From NCBI GenBank assembly GCA_002269645.1, contig NIVC01002232.1, forward strand, positions 1 through 64,000: DNA of 64,000 nt, in the 5' to 3' direction. The notes below the pieces were generated by a model. It searched no databases. It saw only the letters and a list, made by a program, of their open reading frames with translations, and had not been told where the DNA came from. This DNA is from Macrostomum lignano. Taxonomy: Eukaryota. Shown piece after piece: positions 11,961 through 25,935 of the stretch. The stretch's first letter is position 1, and every line of letters begins with the position of its first letter. The translations under genes were made by a program, and so were the position numbers.

Positions 11961-12509
11961 GGATGTTAAGCTGTTCAGAAGTTTACACAAATGCTTCTAC
12001 CCTTGAATTTTACTGATATTACTTTTTTCTACTGTAATATTTTTTAATTATGCTGCAAATTATCGCCACTCACTACCAGCTGTTTTCAGTAGTATGAACA
12101 CCCGTCTTTAACATGTTAAATCAGCAATATTTTCCTGTACTTACGAGCGTATAATCTGGTATGCATTTTTCATTTAATCCTCCTGTGCATTTTGAACAGC
12201 AATTTCTCTTATTTTGAGCTGCATTTCTCTTATTTTTTCTTAAGCTTCCCGTTTTCAGGTTCTCTTTTAGGTCCGGCCGAGCTGTACTGATCCTGAACCA
12301 ACGGCTCACTGACAGGCTGAAGGTAGGTCATTCTTTATTGATTCATTTTTTTCACTAGTAAATGTAGTAATAAATAATAGCTAATATTATTTTTTTAGGC
12401 TTTTCTGTGCGAATCGGAAATTATGATATGACATTCTATCCTGTTCTGCAATGCGAGCGCGCCTCTGTGTGCTTTGTAAGTACCCGATTTTTATTTCAAT
12501 TGGGCTCAC

Positions 12510-14150
12510 ACTTCTCTACCTGATCCTGAGAATCTCACTTTTCTCTTCTACCTGATCTTGAGAATCTCACTTATCTCTTCTACCTGATCCTGAGAATCTC
12601 ACTCTGCCCTTCTACCTGACCCTGAGAATCTCACTCTGCCCTTCCACCTGATCCTGAGAATCTCACTTGTCTCTTCTACCTGATCCTGAGAATCTCACTT
12701 GTCTCTTCTACCTGACCCTGAGAATCTCACTTTTCTCTTCTACCTGATCCTGAGAATCTCACTCTGCCCTTCTACCTGATCCTGAGAATCTCACTCTGCC
12801 CTTCTACCTGACCCTGAGAATCTCACTCTGCCCTTCTACCTGACCCTGAGAATCTCACCCCTCACTTCTACCTGACCCTGAGAATCTCACTTCTCTTTCT
12901 TCTACCTGACCCTGAGAATCTCACTCTGCCCTTCTATCTGACCCTGAGAATCTCACTCTGCCCTTCTATCTGACCCTGAGAATCTCACTCTGCCCTTCTA
13001 TCTGACCCTGAGAATCTCACTCTGCCCTTCTATCTGACCCTGAGAATCTCACTCTGCCCTTCTATCTGACCCTGAGAATCTCACTCTGCCCTTCTATCTG
13101 ACCCTGAGAATCTCACCCCTCACTTCTACCTGATCCTGAGAATCTCACTCTGCCCTTCTACCTGATCCTGAGAATCTCACTCTGCCCTTCTACCTGACCC
13201 TGAGAATCTCACTCTGCCCTTCTACCTGACCCTGAGAATCTCACCCCTCACTTCTACCTGACCCTGAGAATCTCACTTCTCTTTCTTCTACCTGACCCTG
13301 AGAATCTCACTCTGCCCTTCTATCTGACCCTGAGAATCTCACTCTGCCCTTCTATCTGACCCTGAGAATCTCACTCTGCCCTTCTATCTGACCCTGAGAA
13401 TCTCACTCTGCCCTTCTATCTGACCCTGAGAATCTCACTCTGCCCTTCTATCTGACCCTGAGAATCTCACTCTGCCCTTCTATCTGACCCTGAGAATCTC
13501 ACCCCTCACTTCTACCTGATCCTGATAATCTCACTCTGCCCTTCTACCTGATCCTGAGAATCTCACTTGTCTCTTCTACCTGACCCTGAGAATCTCACTT
13601 TTCTCTTCTACCTGATCCTGAGAATCTCACTCTGCCCTTCTACCTGATCCTGAGAATCTCACTCTGCCCTTCTACCTGACCCTGAGAATCTCACTCTGCC
13701 CTTCTACCTGACCCTGAGAATCTCACCCCTCACTTCTACCTGACCCTGAGAATCTCACTTCTCTTTCTTCTACCTGACCCTGAGAATCTCACCCCTCACT
13801 TCTAGCTGACCCTGAGAATCTCACCCCTCACTTCTACCTGACCCTGAGAATCTCACCCCTCACTTCTACCTGACCCTGAGAATCTCACTTCTCTTTCTTC
13901 TACCTGACCCTGAGAATCTCACTCTGCCCTTCTATCTGACCCTGAGAATCTCACTCTGCCCTTCTATCTGACCCTGAGAATCTCACTCTGCCCTTCTATC
14001 TGACCCTGAGAATCTCACCCCTCACTTCTACCTGACCCCGAGAATCTCACTCTGCCCTTCTACCTGACCCTGAGAATCTCACCCCTCACTTCTAGCTGAC
14101 CCTGAGAATCTCACCCCTCACTTCTACCTGACCCTGAGAATCTCACCCTT
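12510..14150. repeat. 32-bp minisatellite (ctgaccctgagaatctcactctgcccttctat)
   Basis: About 50 tandem units, each containing TGAGA-A-TCTCA. Confidence 0.97.
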
Positions 14151-14489
14151 CTTCATCGATCCGCCAGCTATTATCGTCAACAGTTTTATTACTTTCCCAT
14201 ATTTCAGGTTTCCACATCAAAGTAAAAATATTCGTTCGAATTCGATCGGCAACCGTGGAAGGTTTGCGACACGGCAGCTTAATTAGCAAGTGTTTGTTTA
14301 CGGCTGAGCTTCATCAGGAACACTTCTAGAATAAGGCTGGGATTAGATACTAGGGACATAGGCTGCATTGCTGTTGCGTGCTGCCTTGGCTAGTCAAAGG
14401 CTAACATGTAGCAGCATTTTTAGTGCTCGTATTACCCGTATTAAAAATCTATTTTATGGTGCTTTTCTCACCCTTCATTTATTCTATTA

Positions 14490-15290
14490 CGTCTATTAGT
14501 GTCTATCTCATCTCCCATCTATTCTATGGGTGTCAATCTCATCTCTTATCTATTCTTCGGTGTCTATCTCATCTCTCATCTATTCTATGGTGTCAATCTC
14601 ATCTCTCATCTATTATATGGTGTCTATCTCATCTATTCTATGGGTGTCAATCTCATCTCTCATCTACTCTATGGTGTCTATCTCATCTCTCATCTATTCT
14701 ATGGTGCTATCTCATCTCTCATCTATTATATGGTGTCTTTCTCATCCCTCATCTATTCTATGGTGTCTATCTCATCTCTCATCTATTATATGGTGTCTAT
14801 CTCATCTCTTATCTATTCTATGGTGTCAATCTTATTCCTAATCTATTTTATGGTGTCCATATCAGATAATCTATTATATGGTGTCTATCTCATCCTTCAT
14901 CTATTTCATGGTGTCCATCTCATCCCTAATCTATTCTATGGTGTCTATCTCAGCTCATCTATTCTGTGGTGTCTATCTCATCCCTCATCTATTCTATGGT
15001 GTCTATCTCAGCTCATCTATTCTTTTGTGTCTATCTCAGCTAATCTATTCTATGGTGTCTAGCTCAGCTCATCTATTCTATGGTGTCTATCTCAGCTCAT
15101 CTATTCTATGGTGTCTATCTCAGCTAATCTATTCTATGGTGTCCATCTCATCCCTCATCTATTCTATGGTGTCTATCTCAGCTCATCTATTCTATGGTGT
15201 CTATCTCAGCTCATCTATTCTATGGTGTCTATCTCAGCTCATCTATTCTATGGTGTCTATCTCAGCTCATCTATTCTAAGGTGTTTATCT
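14490..15290. repeat. 28/32-bp minisatellite (ctattctatggtgtctatctcagctcat)
   Basis: Tandem units visible; source of spurious ORFs 14423-15418. Confidence 0.95.
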
Positions 15291-16213
15291 CACCTCTCAC
15301 AGCTGTTCTGTGCCTATCCCGCCAGTCGTCCATTCTAAGGTTTTATGTTCCTGTTATATGCATTGCTGATACATCATGCCAAGTTGTTTTTATATATTTG
15401 CTCGCCCTGTGCTTTTGATCCTGGCCAAAGATATACAAAATACATACGGCATTTCCTGCAACGATTCCATCATCTGCACGAGTTCCCAGGTGTGCAGTAT
15501 TTTATCTCGCACACGAATTAGCATCATTTTTGGCCGTTTATTGACGGTGCTTGACATTCTGTCATTCCATGATCTCCGCTGTCTCGGGCATCATTGCTTT
15601 AGTAGCAATAAGCATTTGCTCAGCTGTTACTGTACTATTTTTGTTTAGGCAACAACAGCAAAGAATGTATAATATTCTTTGTAAATATCAGGTACACAAT
15701 CTTAAGCATTTCTAATTTTTGTACTAAAGCAATACATGAAATGCAAATAAATACACAGATACGAAATATTGAGGCTCAAACTTTGTTTTGATAAAAATAA
15801 CTCATATCAATTTTGAAAGCAAAACAAAAATCTTATGGCAGCTTTCTTCGCATTTTTTCCATCCTTTAAATAAGCTTCAACAGTAGGCATGCGGAGTATG
15901 AGCTTAGTTAAGTAATTTACTATTAAAATCTGAACGATACAAGGAGCCTAGGCAGCCGACTCCAGCTGAGAATCGGCAGCAATAAATTCATCAAAAAAAC
16001 TTTTCGAATCGCCTGCGGTTATCTGCCTGCTCTCTGGTCACGTTTTCAAAGCAACAAAAAGCACAGTTGCTGCCCCCGTTAATTAAATCGAACTGTCAGC
16101 AGGTAGCACACAGGCCTGCAGAAGTTGATATCTTTGAAGCCGCTTGCAGCAAATATTGGCTCAGACATCTCTCGCATCGGTCCGTGCTCCAGCTGTTTGC
16201 GCTGAGACGCGGC

Positions 16214-16220
16214 TATTTAA
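16214..16220 (+). promoter_or_regulatory. Candidate TATA box (TATTTAA) of the neuropeptide gene
   Basis: Lies ~110 nt upstream of ATG 16325 in GC-richer context. Confidence 0.35.
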
Positions 16221-16324
16221 GACAGCTCGCCATATTGCAAAGCTGCTCTGCACCTGCCTTCAGCGCTTCGCCTTTGTGTCACAGTTGCATCGCTTCCAAC
16301 CAACAGATTCGCTACAGCGCAATC

Positions 16325-18161
16325 ATGAACCCGCTGACAATCTTGACCTTGACGCTGGTGTCTCTGGGAGCCGCGGTCGTTGCCACTCCGATGCCGCCCG
16401 TTCAGTCGTCCATGACTGACGGGGCCAACAAGCTGCAACGGTGATTGACTGAAAATTTGTTTTCATGGACTACGGGTTATTGCGTTTCTTAGAATTCATT
16501 GACTCCGGGTTATTGCGTTTCTTAGAATTCATTGACTACGGGGAGTTGCGTTTCTTAGAATTCATTGACTACGGGGCATTGCGTTTCTTAGAATTCATTG
16601 ACTACGGGGAGTTGCGTTTCTTAGAATTCATTGACTACGGGGAGTTGCGTTTCTTAGAATTCATTGACTCCGGGTTATTGCGTTTCTTAGAATTCATTGA
16701 CTACGGGGAGTTGCGTTTCTTAGAATTCATTGACTACGGGGCATTGCGTTTCTTAGAATTCATTGACTACGGGGAGTTGCGTTTCTTAGAATTCATTGAC
16801 TACGGGGAGTTGCGTTTCTTAGAATTCATTGACTCCGGGGAGTTGCGTTTCTAAGAATTCATTGACTCCGGGGAGTTGCGTTTCTTAGAATTCATTGACT
16901 CCGGGGAGTTGCGTTTCTAAGAATTCATTGACTCCGGGGAGTTGCGTTTCTTAGAATTCATTGACTCTGGGGAGTTGCGTTTCTAAGAATTCATTGACTC
17001 CGGGGAGTTGAGTTTCTTAGAATTCATTGACTCCGGGGAGTTGCGTTTCTAAGAATTCATTGACTCCGGGGAGTTGCGTTTCTTAGAATTCATTGACTCC
17101 GGGGAGTTGCGTTTCTAAGAATTCATTGACTCCGGGGAGTTGCGTTTCTAAGAATTCATTGACTCCGGGGAGTTGCGTTTCTTAGAATTCATTGACTCCG
17201 GGGAGTTGCGTTTCTTAGAATTCATTGACAGTGGGGTATTGCTTTTCTTAAAAAAAGAAAAAAACTTAACTAATTCGTCTTTTCTAAAAATTGCTGCAAA
17301 AGTTACTATTTTACGAGCTATTTCAACAAAATCAGTGTAGTATCCTTTGCTACATTTATAATATAAGCACGTTTATAACAAAATGGCAATATTTAACATC
17401 CGCAGCAACAATGCCGCCTTGTATCGGAATCTTCTGCTGCGAACTCGCGACGCTTTGCACACAATCAACGTGGCCGATAAGTAATTTGCTAGCTTGAAAT
17501 ATCTGAAACATCTTGCATAAATATACGTAATTTAATGTGTGCCTAACTTAATCTATTGCAGAGATCTGCACAAACTGGCCAACCTACTGGTGCAGGCCCT
17601 TTCTCTGAAGCAGGGCATCAGGCGGCAGGTCACGGCTCTGCGGTAAGCATTTAATAGGCATCTGTGCATCGCTGAGAAGCTGGGTCCGTGTAGCTTGGCG
17701 GTCTAGCGGGTCGCTTGTTTGTTCGAAAGGTCGTGGGTTCGAATCCCATGAATCAAAATAAAAAAAGTTCTAAAGATGCTTAATGTATAAACAAGCGGTC
17801 TAGCGTGTCTCCCTTCTATGCCGAAGGTCCTGGGTTCGATTTCCAACTCGCCAAATTTAATAAGAAGCATCATCGAGAAAGCCGCGGGGTTGCTAGCTCT
17901 TCTGTGACTAAGGTCCGGGGTTCGATTTCATTCTTTCAGTTAAACTTAGCGAAAAACTACATTGGGAAAGTTTGGCTGTTCGGAAGGTCGCGGGTTCGAT
18001 TTCCATATGGGAAAAATACAAAGAATCCCCAACCTACGCACCGCAGCAAGCGGGCCTGCGGTGTCCTGGACCTCGGCGGTCATTGCGACGCTGAGTATGG
18101 CGCCGAGCTGCTGGACCAGATCAACCACATGCTGAAGCCCGGCGGCCCGGGACGCCGGTGA
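16325..18161 (+). CDS. Calcitonin-type neuropeptide precursor, 103 aa; exons 16325-16440, 17562-17642, 18047-18161
   Basis: Signal peptide MNPLTILTLTLVSLGAAVVA; GT-AG introns with matching phases (2,2); KR cleavage site, then the 32-mer ACGVLDLGGHCDAEYGAELLDQINHMLKPGGP followed by G-RR-stop (N-terminal Cys ring, C-terminal Pro-amide); AATAAA at ~18186. Confidence 0.88.
16460..17230. repeat. 33-bp minisatellite (gaattcattgactccggggagttgcgtttctta) in intron 1 of the neuropeptide gene
   Basis: About 23 tandem units starting ~20 nt after the donor at 16441. Confidence 0.97.
17682..18015 (+). mobile_element. Tandem cluster of four tRNA-derived SINE-like units in neuropeptide intron 2
   Basis: Four B boxes (aaggtc..gggttcga) at ~17728, ~17826, ~17911 and ~17985, with A-rich tails. 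The first unit has an A-box-like tagcttggcggtctagcg and a T-arm GTGGG-TTCGAAT-CCCAT; acceptor stem is poor. Confidence 0.6.
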
Positions 18162-18819
18162 AGTTAAAGTTGAAGCGATGATGCAAATAAAATCGGTTGC
18201 AAAATATTTTGACCTTCAAGATCAATGAATCATGGAAGTTTGAGCGAATAAAAATTTTAACTATATAAGCGAACTTCGTAAGCATCGAAGCATATACCGA
18301 CCGATATAATTTCCTTTCTTTGCTACAAAAAAATAATTTTTCGATATTGCTACTTGGCAGTAGAGAAGTCCGCATATTACAAGCGTATTTTCACAGTTTT
18401 CGCCAGAATCCAGAAGCTGGGATTTCAACAGGCTCAGTCAGACAGCCGCGGCCAAGTGGTTAATTTTCAGATATCGGCCAATCTGACGGCATGAGTGGAG
18501 CTATGAATAGTCGATGAAGACGCGCTGGCTGGAAGCGAGGCGTTGCACCGCAGCATCAGGCGAATCTCTCCATCACTTGAGAACTCATTTCTCTTATCTG
18601 CTGTTTGATGATGGGCAGAGAAGCTGGGCGGCTGAGAACTTTCATGCAGTCAATTTTGGACGACTAAAACTATCCAGCCTTCTGCTCTGCGGATCACCCT
18701 GACACCAATAAAATGCTGATATTGGCTCTCCATCGGGAACTGCTGAGCTCGGAGCTCAGATTTTTGCCATGCTGCATCTGCAGCTGATGGAGCTGGGCTG
18801 CTGTGGGCTCTGGGGTTGG

Positions 18820-19770
<951 letters not shown>

Positions 19771-20379
19771 ACTAAGCCACTAAAGCACTAATCCAGTAGC
19801 AGCAACAAAGAGTCAAAGCCATCTACCGCACATAACGATCAGGAAGTGATGCAGAGCAAAGCAGGCTCCGATAATGGATGAGCTGACTCGCCAGGTCCCG
19901 ATGAAGGCAGTTTAATAGGCCCTATAAAAATCTCCTCTCGGGCCGCGCAGTCATAAAGACGCAGGAGAACAGAAGGCAAGGGACTCGAGAGTCGAGTCTA
20001 CTGTCTGTCCCGTGCAGCTGTTTATGCCAGCCATGATATTCTCGCACCCGCTGCCGCCAATCGGCCCGATCATTTGCATAAGACAGGCAGTTGCCCTCCT
20101 CCTTATCAAGGACCGCCATGCACACAGGGATTTTGATTTGCGTGCAATGTTAATATACATTATCTTATGTATAGAAAGATGATGTACGAGCGGAGGAGCC
20201 TGTTAATGTTTTAATAAGTTGCTTTCTTGTCAAACTTTATCCGAAAACGGTGATAATTTGTGGTTTCTATTCAGGCGGAACTGAATGGGCCACTTAGCAT
20301 TCAGGACCAGCTAGACTGAATAAATTTCGCGCTAGCACCGCGAACGTTGAGGCTACAGTCAAAATCCAGCAAAATCGAC

Positions 20380-20965
20380 AGTCAAAGCTACAATTAAATA
20401 CTGTTGAATACAGTAAAAGCTGCAGCCAAATACAGACAAAGCTACAACTAAATACAGACAGTTGTAGAGCCAAAGCTGCAGCCAAATACAGACAAAGCTT
20501 CAGCTAAATACAGACAAAGCTACAGCTAAATACAGTAAAAGCTGCAGCCAAATACAGACAAAGCTGCAGCCAAATACAGACAAAGCTGCAGCTAAATACA
20601 GACAAAGCTACAGCTAAATACAGACAAAGCTACAGCTAAATAAATACAGAAAAAGCTTCAGCTAAATACAGACAAAGCTACAGCTAAATACAGACAAAGC
20701 TACAGCTAAATACAGACAAAGCTACAGCTAAATACAGAAAAAGCTTCAGCTAAATACAGACAAAGCTACAGCCAAATAGAGCCAAACCTGCAGCCAAATA
20801 TAGACAAAGCTACAGCTAAATACAGACAAAGCTTCAGCTAAATACAGACAAAGCTACAGCCAAATAGAGCCAAACCTGCAGCCAAATATAGACAAAGCTA
20901 CAGCTAAATACAGACAAAGCTAAAGCCAAATACAGACAAAGCTACAGCTAAATACAGACAAGCTA
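20380..20965. repeat. 22-bp minisatellite (aaagctacagctaaatacagac)
   Basis: Tandem units visible. Confidence 0.93.
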
Positions 20966-21360
20966 CAGCAATTTTACTGTCAGGGACAGCCAAAGCTCCA
21001 GTACAGGGGGCTGAGGTCCTGAGCACACTTATGCACATGCAGATGTTATTCCACTATGACTCATAGACATTTCCAATCGAAGGTGATTTATGGGCCCAAA
21101 CAATGTGAAACCGATTGGGTGCAATAAATTTAGTCACTCAGTCACTCACTACACACCCTGCAAATCTTTATAAAATACAGAGCCACTGTCAGGCAGAACT
21201 GGCCACTTGCTGTCTCTCAGCCAATCAGCTTCGACCTGGTTCCGCCATTGGTCCTCCTTAGCCCAGCAGCAGACTTTTCAACTTAAAAGTGTCGCGCAGA
21301 ACAGCTGAGTTTACCCAGAGAATTCCAGCACTTTAAATTGTTTAGAAGTTAGAATAAAAA

Positions 21361-24300
21361 ATGGCATCATTTCAACAGCTTCTGCTGCTCCTAGCAGCAG
21401 CAACAGCAACAGCTGCAGCAATGGTCGCATCGCCGACACCGTCGGATGTCGTCCTAGACGAGGAGCTGCCACCGGGCAGCCAGCCCGCCGAACTGCGTCA
21501 GGCGTTGATTCAGCGCGGCCTGGACAGCCCCGGATGCTGCGTCATGATCCCGCCTCATCCGTACTTCGAGTACACCGCCAACGAGGCCGCGGCCCGCGCC
21601 GAGCTGACGGTCAAGAAGCGCCTGGACCGCGAGTCCATGTGCCCCGACGCCGGCCTCTGCTGCAGCTCGGCCGAGCTGATCTGCCAGCTCAAGCTGCACT
21701 TCCTCGACCGTCGGCAGTCGGGCGCACCCCGGGAGATCGTCCTGACCGTCGGGATTCGTGACATCAACGATCACCGGCCCGTCTTCCCGGAGGCCGAGCG
21801 CCGGATTCAGGTCAGCGAGGACGCCCCGCCGGGTCAGCTGGTCCGCCTGCCGCTGGCTTCCGATCCGGACTCCGACTCCAACTCAGTCAGGGACTACTCG
21901 CTGCTGCCGAGGGTCGGTGTCTTCGGCCTGCGCGAGGACCGGGCCGGCTCTGGCAGGGTGACCCATCTGTCACTCGAGCTGCTGCACAGGCTGGACAGGG
22001 AGGCCCAGCCGGTGCACAATCTGACCCTGGTGAGAGCCACTGCATCACCCACTCCATCACCCACTGCATCACACACTGCATCACCCACTCCATCACTCAC
22101 TCCATCACCCACCCCACCACTCCATCACCCACTCCATCACCCACTCCAGCACCCACTCCATCACCCACTCCATAACCCACCCCACCACTCTATAACCCAC
22201 CCCACCACTCCATCACCCACTCCATCACCCACTTCATCACCCACCCCATCACCTACCCCACCACCCACTCTATATCCCCAGGTTGCCACAGACATCGACG
22301 GCCAAAACGCCAGCCTCCGCCTCATCGTGAACGTCACGGACGTGAACGACAACCGGCCGCAGTTCCACCCAACCGGCCACCGGACTGTCCGAGTTCGCGA
22401 GTCCGACCCGGCCGGCAACTGTCCGGTCCAGCTGTCGGCCACCGATCCGGACAGTGGCGAGAATGGCCGAGTAATCTTCGAGCTGGACCCGCACCAGCCG
22501 GACCTGGCCGCGGTCGATGCCAACTTTCGCGTGTCGCCATCGAGCGGCTTCATCTGCCTTCGTCGGAGTCTGGACTACGAGACTAAGGAGATCTTCGAGC
22601 TGTCCGTCATCGCCAGGAATCCCACGCCGATCAGAGGCGACCCTGGAGCTGGCGGAGCTGGCAGCCGGCTGGCGACGGCCACCGTGACGGTGCTGGTTGT
22701 TGATGAGAATGATGAGGCGCCCCAGCTGCAGCTGGACTATCTGGATGGGACAGCGGAGGTGTGAACTGGATTTGGGGTCTTCGGTAATCTAAAAAGTCCA
22801 CAATGAATAAACTGTTACCAATCAGTCGCCAATCAGTCACCAATCAGTCACCAATAAGTCACCAATCAGTCACCAATCAGTCACCAATCAGTCACCAATC
22901 AGTCACCAATCAATCACCAATCAGTCACCAATCACCAATAAGTCACCAATCAGTCACCAATAAGTCACCAATCAGTCACCAATCAGTCACCAATCAGTCA
23001 CCAATCAGTCACCAATCAGTCGCCAATCAGTCACCAATCAGTCACCAATAAGTCACCAATCAGTCACCAATCAGTCACCAATCAGTCACCAATCAACCAC
23101 CAATCAGTCACCAATCAGTCACCAATCAGTCACCAATCAGTCACCAATCAGTCACCAATCAGTCACCAATCAGTCACCAATAGTCACCAATCAGTCACCA
23201 ATCAGTCACCAATCAGTCACCAATCAGTCACCAATCAATCACCAATCAGTCACCAATCACCAATAAGTCACCAATCAGTCACCAATAAGTCACCAATCAG
23301 TCACCAATAAGTCACCAATCAGTCACCAATAAGTCACCAATCAGTCACCAATCAGTCACCAATCAGTCACCAATCAATCACCAATCAGTCACCAATCAGT
23401 CACCAATCAGTCACCAATAAGTCACCAATCAGTCACCAATAAGTCACCAATCAGTCACCAATCAGTCACCAATCAGTCACCAATCAGTCACCAATCAGTC
23501 ACCAATAAGTCACCAATCAGTCACCAATAAGTCACCAATCAGTCACCAATAAGTCACCAATCAGTCACCAAACAGTCACCAATAAATCACCAATCAACCA
23601 CCAATCACCAATAAGTCACCAATCAGTCACCAATCAGTCACCAATCAGTCACCAATAAGTCACCAATCAGTCACCAATAAGTCACCAATCAGTCACCAAT
23701 AAGTCACCAATCAGTCACCAATCAATCACCAACCAGTCACCAATCAGTCACCAATCGATCACCAATAACCAATCAGTCACCAACAAATCAACCCAGGTAA
23801 CGGAGAACGACCGCCGAGGCCACACCTTGGCGGCCCTGCAGGCCACGGACAGGGACCGGGGCGACAACGGCCGGGTGAGCTGCCAGATCGACCAGCCCGA
23901 CCTGCGCGACGTCTTCGAGCTTCTGCCCACCGCCGGCTCAGCATCCGCCGGCGCTTCATCCGGTCAGCCGCAGCGCTGGCGATTCTACCTGGGCACCAGA
24001 GACGGAGGTCCCGGACTCGATCGCGAGGCCCACCTGAAACTCGGACCGACAGCGGCTCACCGAGAAGCCGTCCGACTCAACGTCGGCATCGTCTGTCGCG
24101 ACGGCGGCCAACCGGCCAATGTCCGGTTCGCCAACGCCTCCGTGCTCATCGGTGACGTCAACGACAATGCGCCAGCGCTGCGGCTGGTCCGGTCTGCCGC
24201 TGCCGCTACAGCAGGCGGCGGTGACAAAGACCTCTTAGCTTCGGCCAGCGTGCCCGAGAACCGTCCGCCCGGCTTCCACGTCGCCAAGCTCGACGCTCAC

Positions 24301-25898
24301 GACCTCGACTTCGGCGTCAACGGCTCAGTGGCGTTCGCGCTCGATCCGGCTGGCACCGACACTTTGGCGCTGGACGCCTTCGACGTTCGAAGCGATGGCT
24401 TGTTGGTCACCCGACGGACGCTCGATCGAGAGTCGGCGATGCCGCCCATAGACAGCTTCCGGGTAGCCGTGATGGCGCACGACCGGGGCAGCGCCGTCCG
24501 GCTCAGCTCCGCCCTGACGCTCCACGTCCGCCTGATCGACGAGAACGACAACGCGCCGGTCATCCTGCCGCTGGCCGGATCTGCGGCGGCGGTCGCCGGC
24601 GCCGGGCTGGAGTTCCGCCTGGCGGAGAACAACAAAGCCGGTGCCGCTGTCGGCCGCCTGCGCGTCGTGGACGCCGACTTCGGACCGGACGAGGCCGACT
24701 GGCGACGGCGTCGGCGTCGGGTCTCGCTGTCACCGGCGGCGGCTTCGAGTTCGACGCCTGGTGGCGGCGCTCGGTTGCCATTTCGAGTGCGGCCGTCGAC
24801 AGGCCCCGACCCGGACGAGTTCATCATCGAAGCGACGGACGTGCTGGACGCGGAGCGCCAGGCCGAGTACCGCTTCCTGCTGCTGGCCAGCGACGGTCAG
24901 CACTCCTCCAGCTGCAATGTCACTGTCATCGTCGAGGACGTCAACGACCACCCGCCGAAGATCTTCTATCCATGCAGCGGCAGCGGCGGCAACCGGAGCT
25001 CGAGCTCCGTCCGCCGCCAGTTGCTGAGGAACCACAGCGTCTCCTGGCGCGAGCCGGTGGGCTACACGGTGCTGAAGGTCAACGCCAACGACGAAGACTT
25101 TGACAAGACTGGGAACGGCAGGTTCCAGTTCAGTCTGCGGGAGGCCCCGGCCGCCGGACAGTCTGGTGACGCCGTCCGGCCACTGTTCAGCGTCGATCCC
25201 GACGGTGGGCAGATCCGGGTGGCCGCTCGCATGACCGGCCGAGACCGCGGCGTCCGGCGCCTGACAGTGACAGCGACCGACCGAGGACAGCCGCGGCCGC
25301 TGGCCACCGAGTGCGTCTTCGACGTGACGGTGGACAGCTCGGAGCCGAGAAGCCAAGCAGCCTTGGCGCCGCGTCTCGGCGAAGATGGAGGAGGAAGAGA
25401 CGGTGGCGGCGTGTTCACCCAGGTGCCGCCGATGCCACGTCAGAAGCAGCAGTTCGGAGACTCTGTCGTGCTGGCCGTTGTTGGCATTTTCGCGCTGCTG
25501 TTGCTATTGGCAACGGTGCTGCTGCTGCTGTACGCCAGGCATTGGCACGCGGCGCCGGGCTTCCTGCCAGACGTGCTGGGCGCCTGCTTCGGCAGGAGGG
25601 AGCAGCGGAGCCAGGCGGGCCGTGGCGGCGGCGGTGGCCGCGGCCGCAAGTCCGCTGAATCTGCCGAGGCTGCTGGAGCGGCCTTTCTCGGGGTCAAGTC
25701 GGGTCAGCCGGATCAGCTGAGATCCAGGCCGCTCAGTCAGGTTAGTTGGGTAGTTAGTTACTTAGTTAGTCAGTTACTTAGTTAGTTAGTTAGTTAGTTA
25801 GTTAGTCAGTTAGTTAGTTATTTAGTTAGTTAGTTATTCAGTTAGTTAGTTAGTTAGTTAGTCAGTTAGTTAGTTAGTTAGTTAGTCAGTTAGTTAGG

Positions 25899-25935
<37 letters not shown>

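Noticed and set aside
16460-17230. CRISPR-like array (also considered for the 32-, 42-, 60- and 80-bp repeats)
   Set aside because: Units are contiguous with no unique spacers, the context is eukaryotic, and there are no cas genes.
17682-17754. Functional tRNA gene
   Set aside because: Acceptor and anticodon stems do not pair, an A-rich tail follows, and it is one of several degenerate copies.
24057-25720. Antisense and alternative-frame ORFs over the protocadherin, FNBP4-like (42058..42558+), eIF4E (46916..48094+) and SLC35E1-like exons
   Set aside because: Shadow ORFs of GC-rich or repetitive coding sequence.
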